From the NCBI GenBank assembly GCA_047967505.1, contig CM106538.1: a stretch of 64,000 bases of DNA; one strand, given 5' to 3'. Position numbers and translations under genes: made by a program. This document shows, piece by piece, positions 26,234 through 39,300 of this stretch. The first letter of the stretch is position 1; each line of letters begins with the position of its first letter. This stretch comes from Dipteris shenzhenensis (taxonomy: Eukaryota). The notes under the pieces were generated by a model, which saw only the letters and a list, made by a program, of their open reading frames with translations, did no database searches and was not told where the DNA came from.

Positions 26234-29200
26234 ATAGTGGCTGGCCACTAGGCACGGTGGTGCCTCCCTTCGCCATAAAACACTCCGAACACTCACGATA
26301 GGTCAACCCTAATGTTGACTTCCTTATACACTCCCCCGTTCAAAAGAATTGATATCCTCATCAATTAAAGGGAGAGCATTGCCGACTATACACAAAAGCC
26401 TAGCCTCACCAAGGTGACTTGAGTGAGTGGCCACACACACACACACAAAAGCCTAACCCCGATTCGAGAACGCCTCGAATGAGTGGCCACACACGCACTA
26501 GTTTGGACTCTTACATGGGCGTCAAAATTTGCCTTCTCCTCATAACGGGGGGCGAACAATGTAAAGAATGATGTATTTTTACAACATATTTCACAATGAA
26601 AACGGTGCCTCAAGCTTTGACGTTTTTGAGAGGTCACCGCATACACACATTGTTTCAAAAAATGAGAACTTAGCCGTATGCATAAATTCCTCGGCCAAAA
26701 TTTCCAACCTACCAAAATGGTAACATCGGGATGTGACATTGCTCCGGGCCAATGTTTCCAACCCGCAAGCAACATCAAATTGGGAAGAGGCCCCCTTGGC
26801 CGGATTTGCCTTGGAAGCCCACGTATGAGATGAATAAGCGAAGCATCACCTGGCCAAAATTTCCACCCTACTTCCAACATGATTTCAAGAGACGACGCTA
26901 TGCCGGGCCAATCTTTCCACCCTGCACATAGCATCAACCGACCACTTGCCACCTGTCCAAGTGAACCAACTTGCTCACCTGGCCAGAACTTCCAACCTGC
27001 CCATAGTAAAACGTGCCCTGACGGCTTGATCTTTCTTTCTGCACGTGCCATCTCCATTGGCTTAGGCAATAAGCCCAAGTAACAAGGAGGGAAAGATTCT
27101 GAGCCCATGCTTAGACTCGTCTTTGACTCTTCCAGTTGGATCATGATGTTAACACACTGCTTCCATTCTTTCCATGCATCTTGCCATGCTGACTTTGAAT
27201 ATTTATGCATAACCCAAGAGAGAATTTTACGTTTTTGGAGAGTTTGATTTGGGAGCTTCACCGTTTTCTTCACCCTTCGCGCCACTTCTCGTCCTGACCC
27301 TCTTCTTCTCATCCTCACCTGTTCTGCACACGTCCTTCCACCTCGCTACGGCTTCTTCTCATCACGTTCTTCTCTTAAACACCACACCTCACTCAACCTT
27401 GGACCTCTTGCCCTGCATCTTCTTTGCGCTCCACAACCTAGACCCGTTCTCCTCTGTGTCTCTTCATCTTGGTCCTTCTTGACCTCATCCTGCTCCCTTG
27501 GCCTACATCTCACCCTGCACTTATGCATCCACCTTCCACCTTTGTCTCAACTTGGCCTCTTCTTCATCCGTTGTTTCTCCTTGAAACCTTGGCCTTTTCA
27601 TCCAGCTCCTCGTCCTTCCCGCCGTTCTACCTCGCCTTGCCTTGACCACTTCTCTTTCTACCATTTCCTTTTCTTCTTCCGTCGTTTCCCGTTCACCTTT
27701 CACCGTTTCCTCTTTACGCCTTGGCCTCATCACACGTCCTTTCATCCCCTTGGCCGTCATCACTTTCTTCTCTTCTTCTTCTTTCTCACGCCTTCTCCTC
27801 TGCCCTAAGACCTCACTTCGTGTCATGCCTCTGCATCTATCTAGACTTGCACTTGTTCTCCACCGTTTTCCCTTTCCATCTCTTGTCTTCACCCCATGCT
27901 CCTCCACCTCGCCGTTTTCCCTTTCTACCTCGGTATCTTTTCTGCACACGCCTCTGCATTGCCACAGGCTTCTGATTACTCTTAACCTTGCCCCAGTGCC
28001 GTTCCTCTTCTTTATCCCAAGTCTCCACTTGCCACTCCACTATGCCTTCCATGCCTCTCTCTTAAACCTGTTCGCCGTTTTTCGTCACCTGTCCACTGCA
28101 CGTGCCTTGTGCACCTAACCTTGTCACCTATTCTCCCTTTCCATCGTTGCGCCTTGTGCACCTACCCGTTTCACTCCCGCGCCTACCACATCTTCCTTGG
28201 TCACCTGTACGCCTTGAGCATTTTTTCAACTTCCCTTGAGGCCTACCACATCACTTGGTCTTGGGCCTGCACCTCTTGTGCTCCTCATCCCAACCTCCTC
28301 ACCTTGAGCATTTATTTGATTTGACTTTGGTACAACGGCACTGCCCTTCTTTTCTTTCACGCCTCCCGCACCTCTCACGCCTCTCGTCTCTGTCACTGTG
28401 CCTTTCACACCTCTAGTCACTATTATCGTGCTTCTCGTGCCTCGGGTCTTCACCACGCCTATAGCGTCTTGGGGTTTTACATCACCTGCCTTCACCAACA
28501 TGCCTCTCAGGTCACTGCCTCCACACCTCGCACCTTCCGTGCCGTATCCTATGCATCTAGCGCCTCCTGCACCGTTCACTCGGGGCTTCGCACACTCCAT
28601 GCTACTCGCTTGGGGCCTCATGTCTCTACAACATCCATCGCCTCGGTTGGACCCCAAGTCACCTGTTTGCCGGTTGTCTTACTCAGGATGCATCTCGCAC
28701 TCCCATGACACGGTTCTGCTTCCCTGCTTCCACTAGTCATCCCTTTTGTTTCTTTGGCCTCCATTTCGGATCCGGTTCTCTTTTCTGCTTGGGCCTCCCA
28801 CCATACCTGACTCCAGCTATGCCTTTCTTCTTCTTCCAAGTCCTCATCTTCACTTTCACTCTCCAAGCCGCTCTCTGACTCACTCGCTGTTTCGTCCTCA
28901 GATTCACTCCCGGACTTCTCTGCATCATCCTCCAACTCCTTCTTCATGTAGAGTTTCATTACCAACTTGAACACCATCATGAACTCACGGCGCCACCTAG
29001 CTGTCTCACCCTCGGTGTCATACCATGACACTAGCTGTTCCAAGTACCCCATATCCTTGCTTAGGAGGACGTTCACCCACTCTAGAACTGCCCTCATCAT
29101 GTCCACTACGGCTTCCATCTCCGGCTTCCCACTCCTCATCGCCCGTAGTATTGCCTCCTTCCCTTGTGTGTAAGATTAACTTTGCCCATCATCTGGCGCG

Positions 29201-30042
29201 ATACCTCGATACAGGATCCACCTCAAAGGCTCGCGATACCTTGAGGATTGCTCTGATACTAAGCATAATGGCCCGGTAGTCCCAGACTTAGTCTCCGGTC
29301 ATGAGCACCTTACGTCGGACCCGTTGCTGAGTCCCAACCTCCCTTAACATCTCGGTTCTGATACCACAATCCCCTTTATGCGCAGCTTAGCCAAACACGA
29401 CCCCTGGCACGGGCCATCCGCTGTTTATCCCACTGCACCATGCCCCACTGGGCAAGCCCTAAGACTTCACGTTCTTCAGTCCACAGAGTCACACGGGTCA
29501 CCAAGACCCCCAGGAATGTCCACTGCGCAACGTCCTGATCAGCCCACGTTTCCTTGCTGGTTAACGGTCGTTATGTGGGTCGGCACGTTTGACCCCTTCA
29601 GGCTCACCTCGAGTCCCGGCTCGGTACCCAAACAGTTCATGGTTTATACAGTGTATGGAGAACAAACATGGCCCTCACCGTTCCCCACTCGCTTTCACGT
29701 GCCCTCAACCCGTTCCACATTTTGCTTTCCCGTGCGTGTGCTTCAACGTGCACCACAAGGTCACAACCCACAAGATGGCATGATGACCTTACTTGCAAGA
29801 TGATACTAGATGGAGTGCCAAACGGTTGCTAGAACGCGCTTGATTGCAACAGAAAGTATATACAAGCAAGAGGGAGCATAAACGCCCGCCGCTGACGTTT
29901 TCCTCATCCAAATCAACCTCGCATGAGAGAGCACTATCCTCCATATAATAGTGGCTAGCCGCTAGGCACCGCGGCACCTCCCTTTGCCATAAAATGCTCC
30001 GAACACTCACGGCAAGTCAACCCTAATGTTGACTTTCTTATA
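26234..30042 (-). mobile_element. LTR retroelement A2 nested in the 3' LTR of A1
   Basis: 5' LTR 29264-30042 starting TATAAG and flanked by atagt (30043-30047); PBS ~29250-29261; PPT ~26331-26341; U3 part of 3' LTR 26234-26328. Confidence 0.8.
26386..29200 (-). pseudogene. Degenerate unknown ORF of A2 (helical N-terminal domain, acidic/basic tracts, GWKFWPG repeats)
   Basis: ORF pieces 28618-29139, 28226-28657, 27521-27949 and 26386-27318; no gag/pol motifs; paralogous copies in A1 and in the right arm. Confidence 0.55.
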
Positions 30043-33000
30043 ATAGTGGCTGGCCGCTAGGCACCGCGGTGCCTCCCTTCGCCATAAAATGCTCCGAACA
30101 CTCACGCGAGGTCAAACCTAACATTGACTTCTTTACACACTCCCCCGTTCAAAAGAATTGATGTCCTCATCAATTAAAGGGAGAGCGTTGCCGGCTATAC
30201 ACAAAAGAAAAGGGGGTTTCTGAGGCAAAAGAAAGCTTATATACCACAGAAGGTCCACTGAGGAGAAGGGGTGCAAATTCACGTCAGGGAGTGAGTGGCC
30301 ACACACACACAAAAGCCTCAGCCCGATCCGAGAACGTCTCGAGTGAGTGGCCACACACGTGCTAGTTTGGACTCTTACATGGGCATCAAAATTTGCTTCT
30401 CCTCATAATGGGGGGCGAACAATGTAAAGAATGATGTATTTTTACAACATATTTTACAATGAAAACAGTGCCTCAAGGTTTGATGTTTTTGAGTGGTCAC
30501 CGCATACACATATTGCTTTAAAAAATGAAAAATTAGCCGTTTGCATGAATTCCCCGGCCAAAATTTCCAACCTGCCAACATGGTAACGTCAGGATGTGAC
30601 ATTGCTCTGGGCCAATGTTTCCAACCCGCAAGCAACATCAAATTGGGACGAGGCCCCCTTGGCCGGATTTGCGTTGGAAGCCCACGTATGAGATGAATAA
30701 GCCAAGCATCACCTGGCCAAAACTTCCAACCTGCCCATAGTAAAACGTGCCCTGACGGCTTGATCTTTCTTTCTGCACCTGTCATCTCCATTGGCTTAGG
30801 CAATAAGCCCAAGTAACAAGGAGGGAAAGATTCCGAGCCCATGCTTAGACTCGTCTTTGACTCTTCCAATTGGATCATGACGTTAATGCACCGCTTCCAT
30901 TCTTTCCATGCGTCTTGCCACGCTGACTTTGAATATTTATGCATCACCCACGAGAGAATTTCACATTTTGGGAGAACTTGACTTGTGCGCTTCGCCGTTT
31001 TCTTCACCCTTTGCACCACTTCTCTTCCGAACCCTCTTCTTCTCATCCTCACCTGTTCTGCACAAGTCCTTCCACCTCGCTGCGGCTTCTTCTCATCACG
31101 TTCTTCTCTTGAACACCGCACCTCACTCAACGTTGGACCTTTTGCTGTGCATCTTCTTTGTGCTCCACAACCTAGACCCGCCGTTCTCCTCTCAATCTCT
31201 TCATCTTGGTCCTTCTTGACCTCATCCTGCTCCCTTGGCCTACATCTAACCCTGCACTTATGCATCCACCTTCCACCTCTTTGCCTCACCTTGGCCTCTT
31301 CTTCATCTGCCGTTTCTCCTTGAAACCTTGGCCTTTTCATCCATCCCTTCATCCTTCCCACCGTTCTACCTTGCCTTGCCTTGCCTTCTTTTCCATCTGC
31401 CGTTTCCTTTTCTCCTTCTGTTGTTTCCCCTTCACCTTCTGCCGTTTCCTCTTCATGCCTTGGCCTCATCACATGTCCTTTCATCCCCTTGGCCGTCACC
31501 ACCTTCTTCTCTTCTTCTTCTTCATGACTTCTCCTCTGCCCTAAGGCCTCACTTCGCGTGACACCTCGGCATCTATCTAGACCTGCACCTGTTCTCCACC
31601 ATTTTCCCTTTCCATCTCTTGCCTTCACCTCATGCTCCATCACCTTGCCGTTTTACCTATCCATCTCGGCATCTTTTTTGCACATGCCTCTGCGTTGCCA
31701 CGGGCTTCTGATTGCTCTCTTGACCTTTCCCCAGTGCCGTTCCTCTTCTTCATCCCAAATCTCCACTTGCCACTCCACTACGCCTTCCATGCCTCTCTCG
31801 TGAACCTTTTCGCCATTTCCTGCGCCTTGTGTGCCTCCCTATCCTATCACCTGTCCACCGATTTTCATCACTTGTCCACCGCACGTGCCTTGTGCGCCTA
31901 ACCCAGTCATCGGTGCTCCCTTTCCACCATTTGCGCCTTGTGCACCTACCTGTTTCACTCCCATGCCTACCGCATCTTCCTTGGTCACTTGCACACCTTG
32001 TGCATTTTTTTGACTTCTCTTCGGGCCTACCACATCACTTGGTCTTGGGCCTGCACCTCCTTTGCTCCTTATCTCAACCTCCTCACCTTGAGCATTTGTT
32101 TGATTGTACTTTGGTACAACGACACTACTCTTCTTTTCTTTCGCGCCTCTTGCACCTCTTGTACCTCTTGTCTCCGTCACTATGCCTTTCGTGCCTCTGG
32201 TCACCGTGATCGCGCTTCTCGTGCCTCGGGTCTTCACTACCCTTATAGCATCTCAGGATTTTGCATCACCGCTCTTCACCAGCATGCCTCTCGAGTCACT
32301 CATGCCTCCACACCTCGTGCCTTCCGTGCCGTTTCCTATACATCTCACGGCTCCCACGCCGTTTACTCGGGGCTTCACACACTTTGTGCTACCTGCTTGG
32401 GGCCTTGCATCTTCTACGACATCCATCGCCTCGATTGGACCCCAAGTCACCTGTTTGCCGGTCGTCTTACTCGAGATGCATCTCGCACTCCCACGACATG
32501 GTTCCGCTTCCCTCCTTCCACTGGTCATCCCTTTTGTCTCTTTGGCTGCCATTTTAGATCTGGTTCTGTCTGCCACCTCCGAGTCCTCATCTTCACTTTC
32601 ACTCTTCGAGCTGCTCTCCAACTCACTCGCCTTTTCATCCTCCGTTTCGCTCCTGGACTCCTCTGCGTCATCCTCCAACTCCTTCACATAGAGTTCCATC
32701 ACCAACTTGAACACCACCATGAACTCACGGCGCCACCTAGCCATCTCACCCTCGGTGTCATACTATGACACTAGCCGTTCCAAGTACCCCATATCCTTGC
32801 TCAGGAGGACGTTCACCCACTCTAGAACTGCCCTCATCACATCCACTGTGGCTTCCATCTCCGGCTTCCCACTCCTCATCGCCCATAGTATTGCCTCCTT
32901 CCCTTGTGCATAAGATTGACTTTGCCCATTACGTGACACCATACCTCGATATAGGATCCGCCTCGAAGGCTTGTGATACCTTGAGGTTTACTCTGATACC

Positions 33001-33671
33001 AAGTGTAAGGGCATGGTAGTTCCGGACTTAGTCTCCGATTGTGAGCACCTTACGTCGGACCCGTTTTCGAGTCCCAACCTCCCTTAATGTCTCAGTCCTG
33101 ATACCACAATCCCCTTTATGCGTAGCTTAGCCAAACACGCGGGCCGTCTGCTGTTTATCCCACTACACCATGCCCCACTAGGCAAGCCCTTAGGCTTCAT
33201 GATCTTCGGTCTGCAGCGTCACACCGGTCACCAAGACCCCCGGGAACGTCCTGATCAGCCCACATTTCTTCCCCGGTTGGTGGCCTTTACGTGGATCGGC
33301 ATGTCTAACCCCTTTGGGCTCACCTCGTCGGTACCCAACAATTCATGGTTTATACAATGGTATGGAGAACACACATGGCCCTCATCGTTCCCCACTCACT
33401 TTCACGTGCCCTCAACCCGTGTGCCCTCAACCCGTCCCATGTTTTGCTTTCCCGTGCGTGCGCTTCAACGTGCACCACAAGGTCACAACCCACAAGATGG
33501 CATGATGATGTTACTTGCAAGATGGTATTGGATGGAGGACCAAATGGTCGCTAGAACGTGCTTGATTGCAACAAAAAGTATATACAAGCAAGAGGGAGCA
33601 TAAACGGCTGCTGACATTTTCCTCATCCAAATCAACCTCACATGAGAGAGCACTATCCTCCATATAATAGC

Positions 33672-36600
33672 TATATGGAAGGTCAAGCTCTCAAGGTGCT
33701 AGAGACCCCTCTTGGCATGTATGCGTTTTCCCTCATGAATAAACGTTCTGAGACCGTTCTTGTGCAAATATTTTTCTAAGTCTCATTTCTTGATGCTCCT
33801 TTGAATGTTGGCACAATAATGCACCTTGAAATGTGGAAACGTAAGGGTAACTCATGGAAGGCAAGGGGGTGGGACGAGGACGGCATTGCGCGGGCACGAA
33901 CTACATGCACCGCACATGCACAGAGGGCCCATTGTGAGGTAGAAAACGTTCCCCTACCAGGTTTGTTTGATGTTTCTGGCCCCGTTTCGGTAAACCATAG
34001 CAGAACTCGCATTATTTGGCTAAGTGTTGGAAGCGAGACCCTACACTTGGTATCAGAGCAACTTTGAGGTGCACGGTGCCGTCGGGTGTGACTCAGAGCC
34101 TCTCAGAGCGTGTTCCTGCATCCTATGGGAGGGAATGAATCGGGTCGCCGTTTCCACCGTGTTTGGGAATTCTCGTGAGCAGAGAGCTTGGGTACGTCGT
34201 TTTGGGTGAAAGGGTGAGTTTGCCGTCTGTCCCGTGTTTTTCGCCGTCTTTTCTACCGTTTCATTGAGGGAGTAAGGCGTCTTTGTGAGAGGTGAGGATG
34301 CCACATCGAAGAAAAGATAAGGGGGTTGAGAGTGAGGAGGAACATGAGATAGTCAAGCCAGAGAGATGGAAGAGAGAGAAGAAAGACAAGAAAGGTGAAG
34401 AGAGAGAAGAAAGAGAGAAGGAAGATAGAGGCGAGGGTCTCTGGAACGTGGCTAGTGGAGGATTCAGTGTTGCACTGGACGTGGGCATGTTAGGAGCTCG
34501 TGACCAAGAACCGTTATTGTTTTCAGAGACGGGTGAGTAAAAATCCACAAAGGTGGAAGGAGAACAAGACATAAACATGTTTGGGTGGGTGACTGAGGAG
34601 CTAGAACGGGGAGAATTGGAGAGAAGGGAGTTGAAAGGGATGATGGAGGCCATTTTGAAGAAGATGTCGGAACCGTCGCCACAATGACCGGCTTCAACCA
34701 AGAAGAAGAAGAAATATGGGAGGCAGAAGGAGGTTGAGACGGAGAGTGAAGAGTCAAGTAGTGGCTCGGAAGGGAGTAGTAGGAGGAGCTTTGGTAGATT
34801 TAAGTCACAACTGTCGGAGAAGTATACAGGAGATCGAGCCTTCGTTAGTGCTAAACAAGTGCATTAGGGAGATGGAGGATTTCTTTGAGCTCGCAGAAAT
34901 TGCATCCAAGCATCAAGTGAAGATAGCAGCACAACAACTAAAAGGAGACGCATACCATTGGTTCTTGGAAGAGGAGGGTCATGGTGAATTGAGGAGTTGG
35001 AGAGCCTTCAAGTCAAGGATGAGAGCATATTTCATTCCCCAAAATGAGGTGTTCAAGATAAGAGATGAATGGAGAGGCCTAAGACATGGTGAAGGGAAAT
35101 TGAGGGAGTATGTCATGAAGTATAGGCATGCCATGGTCCAGATTGTTGATATGCATGAAATAGATAGATTGCATGGTTTCTTGTATGGGCTACAAAGTTG
35201 GGCCAGGAGAGAAATTGAGAAGCAGGAACTAGAGGATTACAAGGATGCGTTGGTGATGGCAGAGCAGATTGTAGATTATGAAGGAAGAAGAGGACCTCCT
35301 AACTTTGGTAGGATGAGTGCACCTACAAGCTCTTGGGGGAATAGACCTGGACCTCGAGGGGAGAACAAGGAGACGGGGAGTAAGGTGGAAAATGTTGCAT
35401 CAAGTGTGGGCTCAAGTGGGGCATTGGTGCCATGGGTGCCAGGTTGAGGAGCAGGATTTGGAGGAAGGAGCGGAGGTCCACCCGTGGGTAGGGGACTAGT
35501 TAGAGGGTGCTGTTCGTGTGGAGGAGACCATTTTATCAGAGATTGTCCTAGACAACGAGGTGGATTCAATAGGCCCTGAATCGCACTTACTCAACCAACA
35601 CAGTCAGGGGGAGACAATGAGAAGTTGGAGATCATAGAAGTCATAGAACCTGAGAGTGGAGGTAATGGAGAAGAGCCTAGAGTGGGGGCGTTAAGGGTGG
35701 CACCAAGAGTCTTGGATGCAAGATTGCCAGTGGTACCGAACATCTATGTGGATGGGTTCATCAATGGTGGAGCTCAAAGGATTATGATAGACACGGGTGC
35801 GATGCACAACGTGATTATGCCTGAAGCGGCGCAAAGGCTAAAAATGAAATTATCCAAGATGGAGGATACGGCAGTGTCTTTTGGGCAAGGCAAGGATGCT
35901 AATGTGGCAATGGCTTGGAATGTGCAAGTGCAGCTAGGGGGTTGGAAGGCAAAGTTGAATTTTCTAGTGGTGCCGTTAGATGCATATGATGCTATTTTGG
36001 GAATCACTTGGTGGGATAAGTATGTCATTATGTTGTTGGGGAAGGGAATGGACAAATTTGTCCTCTTTCTTTACTAAATCCAGTAAGCGGCAATGCAACA
36101 CGGCTATACTCCTTCACAAACCTTCTATTGAAGTTACAAAAGCCTAGAAATCCTCGTACTCCCCGCATTGACTTGGGTTGCATTTAATTAGTTACTGCCT
36201 CCACTTTGCTAGGGCCCATCTTGATTCCATGTTCCCCCACTACATATCCCAAGAAGGCAACCTCCTTTGCACCAAATTCACATTTCTCCCATTTGGCATA
36301 CAACCCATGCTCCCTCAATTTGGCAAACACTTTCTTAAGATGTTCCCGATGCTCCTCCAGCGTCTTGCTATAAAATTAGAATGTCATCAATGTAAACGAT
36401 CACAAAATCATCCAAGTGCTCCCTGAACACATCATTCATCAAAGTGCAAAAGGTAGCTGGTGCGTTTGTGAGGCCAAAAGACATAACCAACCAATCATAG
36501 CTACCATATCTTGTTCTAAAGGCCGCTTTCTCCACATCTTCCTCCGCAATTCTTATGTGATGATATCCAGACCTCAAATCAATTCGGGTGAAATACTTGG

Positions 36601-38825
36601 CTCCTCCCAATTGATCCATCAAATCATCCAACAATGGCATGGGGTACTTGTTCTTGATGGTAAGTTTGTTGAGGGCGTGGTAGTCCATGCATAGACGTGC
36701 TGATCCATCTTTCTTCATTACAAATAAGACCGGTGCTCCAAACGGGGATTTACTCGGCCTAATAAACCCACTTTCTACCAACTCCATAATTTGTCTCTTG
36801 AGCTCTTTCAATTGAGAATCATTCATCCTATATGGTGCTCTTGCTGGGGGTTCACTACCTGGAATTAGTTCTATCTTGTGGTCCACTCGTCTCTTGGGTG
36901 GCAACCCCTTTGGTAACTCTTTGGGCAGAACGTCTGCAAACTCATCCAAGATCTCCTTTATCCTTGCATCAGTACACGGCTCCAAGACGATTGAACTCGC
37001 CTTTGACTCTACTTCCTCTTTGCCTTCTGCCACACGCATCAACATCACATGCATCTGTGCTCCCTTCTTGACTTCCCTCTCTAGTTGCTTAGCTGAAATC
37101 AACATGACCTTGGCATTCACACCACCCATCTTCCAAGGGTCTCCCATGTTACTCTTTTCTTGTTTGGGCATATTCTTGTCCATTTTCTCCCCTACCTTGC
37201 CTTTCCCTTTACTAGCCTGTTGCTCCAACCTCCTTACTTCTGTAGGGGTGATTGAAGATCTAACACATTTTACCCTGACCGCCTGACCTTGCATGTCAAG
37301 TAATAGTTGGGGGAACATTGCACCAAGGCCTTTGACGAGATGAAAGTGATTATGAGTTCCACACCCGTCTTAAAATTACCTGAGTTTTGACAAGCCGTTT
37401 GAGATTCACACGGATGCCCCAGATTATGCCTTAGGAGGATTGTTGATGCAAGAGGGACACCCAGTTGCATATGTGTCAAGGACATTGGATGCCACTGAAA
37501 AGAGATGGACAATGCATGAGAAGGAGATGCTGGCCGTTGTAGAATGCTTAAGAAAGTGGAAACACTATGTTCAAGATAAGCATACCAAAGTCTTCACAGA
37601 TAACATTACACTAAAGTATTTTCAGACCCAACTCACACTATCTCTGAAGCAGTCTTGTTGGCAAGATTTCATTGTAGAATTTGACATAACAATTGAACAC
37701 AAGCTAGGCAAAATGAACGTCATGCCAAATGCACTAAGTAGAAAGGCAGAATTGATGGCTATCACTATGGCATAAGGCACACTCTTGGAGAGAATCAAGG
37801 AACTTATGGAAAAAGACCAAGGCATAGAAGATGTAGTGAAACAGATTAAAGAAAGCTCCGTACCATGGGGCATGTACAATGAAGATGAAGGTTTACTCTA
37901 CGTCTATGAATACAGGCTATATGTTCCAGATGATTTAGAACTCAAGAAGACCATATTGTGGGAATGCCATGATTGCAAGCTAGCAGGACACTCAGGGCAG
38001 CACAAGACTTGGGATAGAATGAAGCAACATTTTTTTGGGCCAGGAATGCGTGAAGACGTCATTGAATATATCAGGACGTGCCCAACATGTCAATTTGTCA
38101 AAGACCAACGTTTTGCAAAGGCAGGAAAACTCCAACCCATGCCCGTTCCTTCAAGGCCATGGGATGTTGTGAGCATGGACTTCATCACATCGTTACCTCT
38201 CTCTCATGGGCACAATGCCATCTTTGTGGTGGTGGACTATTTTTCCAAACAAGGCCATTTCATTCCTGTTAAGCCACCCATTACGGCAAAGCATACAGCT
38301 AACTTATATTTCTCTTATGTGTTCAAGTACCATGGTTTACCCTTGGCCATTGTCTCAGATCGTGATGCTCGCTTCTTAAGTGATATTTGGACCGAGCTTT
38401 TTAAACTCCTTGGTACACAGCTCCGTTTCAACTCGTCATACCACCCAGCCACTGATGGTCAATCTGAAAGGGAAAACCAAACCGCAGAGCAATACCTCAG
38501 AAGCTATGTCTAGGTAGACCAAAAAGATTGGGCCTCACATTTGGACATCTTGGAGTTTCACTACAAAAGCTCCGTTCATCGTAGCACAGGTTTCACACCG
38601 TTTGAGATAGCCACGGGCAAAGAGATCATCACTCCCACAGGCAAGGGGGTGGGACGAGGACGGCACTGCGTGGGCATGGACTACATGCACTGCACATGCA
38701 CGGAGGGCCCGTTGTGAGGTAGAAAATGTTCCCCTGCCGGGTTCGTTCGACGTTTCTGGCCCCGTTTCGGTAAACCATAGCACAACTAGCGTTATTTGGC
38801 TAAGTGTTGGAAGTGGGACCCTACA
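33672..38825 (+). mobile_element. Galadriel-like chromovirus B (left copy) nested in the A1 5' LTR; RT inverted, 3' region deleted
   Basis: 5' LTR 33672-34045 (TATATGG..CCCTACA); PBS tggtatcagagc 34048-34059; gag 34716-~35580; protease IDTGA; RT inverted ~36054-37308; RNase H; integrase 37785-~38638; partial 3' LTR to 38825; TSD atagc/atagt. Confidence 0.9.
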
Positions 38826-38920
38826 ATAGTGGTTTGCCGCTAGGCACCGCGGCGCCTCCCTTCGCCATAAAACGCTCTAAACACTCACGATAGGTCAACC
38901 CTAAAGTTGACTTCCTTACA

Positions 38921-38989
38921 ATAGTCACTGGTAGCCAGGCAGGGTGGCAGCTCCACTCGTCACAGGTTCCCCTAAACACTCACGGCAGG
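38921..38989 (-). promoter_or_regulatory. Upstream half of putative rDNA Pol I core promoter (left arm)
   Basis: Removing A1 and one TSD rejoins ...ccagtgACTATattatgggg; mirrored at 42271-42339. Confidence 0.65.
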
Positions 38990-39300
38990 GGGGGGGCATG
39001 GAGTGCGGGGGTGCGAGGGATGTCGCGCAAAGGAGGGGGGGGCATGGTTGGTTGGGGGGGGGGGGGGGGCATGAGGGGGGGGGGGGGGCATGGGGGGTGG
39101 GGGTGAGGGGGGTATGCGACATGCGCGCAAGGGGGGGGGCGCATGGGGTGTTGGGGAGGGGGGGGCATGGGTGGGGGGGGAGGGGGCATGGGGTTTGGGG
39201 GGGGGGGGGGGGGGCATGGGGCACACAGGGTGTTGGGGGGGGGGGGGGGGGGTGCATGGGGGCTGGGGGGGCATGGGGCATGGGAGGGGGGGGGGGCATA
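38990..39300 (-). repeat. G-rich rDNA intergenic-spacer subrepeats (G-run + gcat)
   Basis: Repeated ggggggcatg units upstream of the promoter; inverted copy at 42086-42270. Confidence 0.7.

Larger units (their letters stand above)
24272..38920 (-). mobile_element. LTR retroelement A1 (non-autonomous, Ty3/gypsy-type ends) in the rDNA promoter, carrying nested A2, C and B
   Basis: TG..CA ends; TSD atagt at 24267-24271 and 38921-38925; 5' LTR 33004-33671 + 38826-38920; Met PBS ~32991-33001; PPT gaacgggggag ~30140-30150; 3' LTR 30043-30137 + 24272-~24781. Confidence 0.85.

Noticed and set aside
24272-33671. Simple tandem array of elements sharing LTRs (TRIM/LARD style)
   Set aside because: The doubled U3 with ACTAT at 30043-30047 and the distinct TA vs TG starts fit nested insertion better; recombination remains possible for the C junction
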